NCBI RefSeq assembly: GCF_001194135.2
Contig: NC_068998.1
Location: 40,156,088-40,220,087 of the forward strand
Direction: 5' to 3'
DNA: 64,000 bases
From: Octopus bimaculoides
Lineage: Eukaryota
The translations under genes were made by a program, and so were the position numbers. Shown here piece by piece: positions 61,955 through 64,000 of this stretch. Under the pieces are notes generated by a model. The model was not told where the DNA came from. It saw only the letters and a program-made list of their open reading frames with translations, and made no database searches. Every line of letters starts with the position of its first letter. The stretch's first letter is position 1.

Positions 61955-62181
61955 TTAAACCTTTAGCATTCAGATTACTGTCAAATGTATTGCGTATTAG
62001 TTCACATTGTTTTAAATTATTCCTTACATTATTGCACAGCTTTGAGATATAGTTTGATATAGTTGTTTACCTTTAGAATGATATTGTTGGGTAGATGTGA
62101 GAAGCCAGATTTGGCCAGTTTGAATGTAAAACAGGTAGAATATTTGGGAATATTTGGGCCAGTTATGAACTAAAGGGTTAA
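61955..62181 (+). mobile_element. piggyBac-like MITE
   Basis: TTAA-ACCTTTAGCATT ... ACTAAAGGG-TTAA. Confidence 0.75.
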
Positions 62182-62261
62182 TGCTAATGAACTTTTCTCT
62201 TTTCATTGTGAGTATAATTTTAATTAATTAAACTTTTTTTTTTTTTTTTGCTCACTAAATT

Positions 62262-62328
62262 AAGTATGTCAGCTTCCTCTTAACAAAGTATGTTAGCTTC
62301 CTCTAGATTAAGTATGTCAGCTTCCTCT
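62262..62328. repeat. 24-bp-period tandem repeat, 3 copies
   Basis: AAGTATGT(C/T)AGCTTCCTCT at 62262, 62286 and 62310. Confidence 0.85.
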
Positions 62329-63697
62329 TCTACATGCTGAATGCATTTCTGGGAAAATTTAATGATTGGAACATGACAGTTGATACTCTGTACTCGATTA
62401 GTGTTTAAAACTAATAAAACTGCTGATGTTTGTTTGTTTTTCGGCTCCCTGATCTATGATTAAAAGCATTGCAGCCATGACAGTCCCATCTTTTTTATGC
62501 AAAGTGTTCCCTGCTTTGCATTAACCAATATGTCATTTTTTTTTTAATCATTTTTTTGTGGGTGGAGGGTTGTATGTTTTTTTCCCTGTCAGATTTTGAT
62601 CTGAGATAGATTTAGATGTTATTTTTAATAGTTCATGAGACCATAAAAAGGTTCTTCAATAGCTTGGGACTAATGAAGTTGTTGTTTAGCCCCAGTTAAG
62701 CTCTGCTTGAATAACTTTTTGATCAAAGATATTTCAGCCCTGTTGTATTTTTTTTATTTTTTTATTTTTTTTACTGAGTGTGAGGGATAATGGTTTTAAA
62801 ATGGTGTTCTGTGGTAAACATGTCTGAATGTCTGTGAGTGATTGAACATGCAGTAACAGGGGACTGTGTGGGTGGGTTGGAACTTATTGCAGTAAAAAAC
62901 TGTATTCTTCATATGTACCGATGGTTTTTCATTTTGAGTATTTGAGTTTTGTTGAGTTGACAGTGGGCTGTGATTATGTGAAGTGTATTTTTTGTGCATC
63001 ATCCTAGGTATAACTTTAAACCGCATACAGTAGAGGTGTAGTGGAGCCCTGGCTCAGGAGTTACAGGGTTTTATGGTATGTGGGGCCACCTCTTAGCCAC
63101 TGTTGTTCCCACATTTACTCTGATACAAAATAATAGCACCTGTTAAGGTCTTAGCTATGGGTTAATTAGCATGTTATAGAAGAAATTCCAAGCAAAATCC
63201 ATCACTGCCTTGTGAGACAAAAATGTTACAGAATTCAAGCTCGATAGCAAATCAAGGAGTGGGAGCCCCCAGGCATTCCAATATCCTCTTTGACACCCTT
63301 CCAGAAACTCTAGGGTGAGTGGAGCTCTCCAGCCCTGTAAGGCAATTCATCTGGGAGATGACCACTCCAATGTAAAACCTAAAGCTTGCTAGTCACCTCA
63401 GCTGTCTTAGACTACTCAGCCTGTGTGGTCAGATCTTCAAGTCTATAGAGTGTGATGAGATTGCGTGGATTGGTGACACTCATTTTGAAACTACTATATG
63501 CAGGTAAGAAGAAAAGCCCTGTAGCAATAGAGAAAAGACAAAAATACTGGAACTGGATGGTACTGGCAGTTTCTGCCTTGACTCCACATCTCGGCTCTTC
63601 TTCATAATCTTTGAATTTTACTATGGTTTGTTGTGGAGAGATTAGATGACCCAGGCTAGACTAACATTTATCTATGATAGATATAATGTACTGTTTT

Positions 63698-63755
<58 letters not shown>

Positions 63756-64000
63756 CTGATCAAACATTGTGTCTGTGAATATTCTTGGAGCATTTTATTT
63801 ACTGTGTTTTTTGTGTAATATGAATATTACGGAGATGTGTGTGCGTGTGTGGTAAGTACATTTGTGTTATTCTGTGTGATGGTTGTTTGTATTGGATAAT
63901 TTTTGGTGTTACTTATGTAGAACGGAGACGGTGGGTTTGGTAGGTGCTACTTTTTAGTCTGTTTGGTGCCAGGTTTCTATATGGTTGCTATAGAGTTTAA

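Noticed and set aside
63050-63620. GC-richer stretch as a LINE remnant or an exon ending at CAG|GTAAGA
   Set aside because: Only a weak RLRWIG-like hint was found, which cannot distinguish a decayed TE from an exon.

Overview
AT-rich, microsatellite-saturated animal DNA with 11 N-gaps. The repeat families and microsatellite density point to a coleoid cephalopod, most likely Octopus; this is an inference and no database was consulted. I recognise no complete gene, rRNA, true tRNA or CRISPR array, and nearly all ORF-track entries are microsatellite or N-gap artefacts. Retroposons (my family labels): several tRNA-headed SINE families (A, B/C, E), an RTE-tailed (GAT)n family (D), an (AAC)n-tailed family (G), and decayed LINE pieces (R4/Dong-type RLE x2, Tx1/L1, RTE x2, Jockey/CR1-like, an ORF1-like stretch). 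DNA transposons: a mariner transposase remnant, hAT MITEs and TTAA/CCC-ended MITEs. There are also five unrelated 0.2-0.4 kb foldback hairpins. A few short segments on both strands have consensus splice sites and may be exons of unidentified genes or lncRNAs. The most interesting observations are a degenerate Penelope-type minimal hammerhead ribozyme motif (56736-56784), an R4/Dong element inside a (TAA)n tract, a sequence-identical inverted SINE pair, LINE-SINE tail sharing, and a high density of potential dsRNA.
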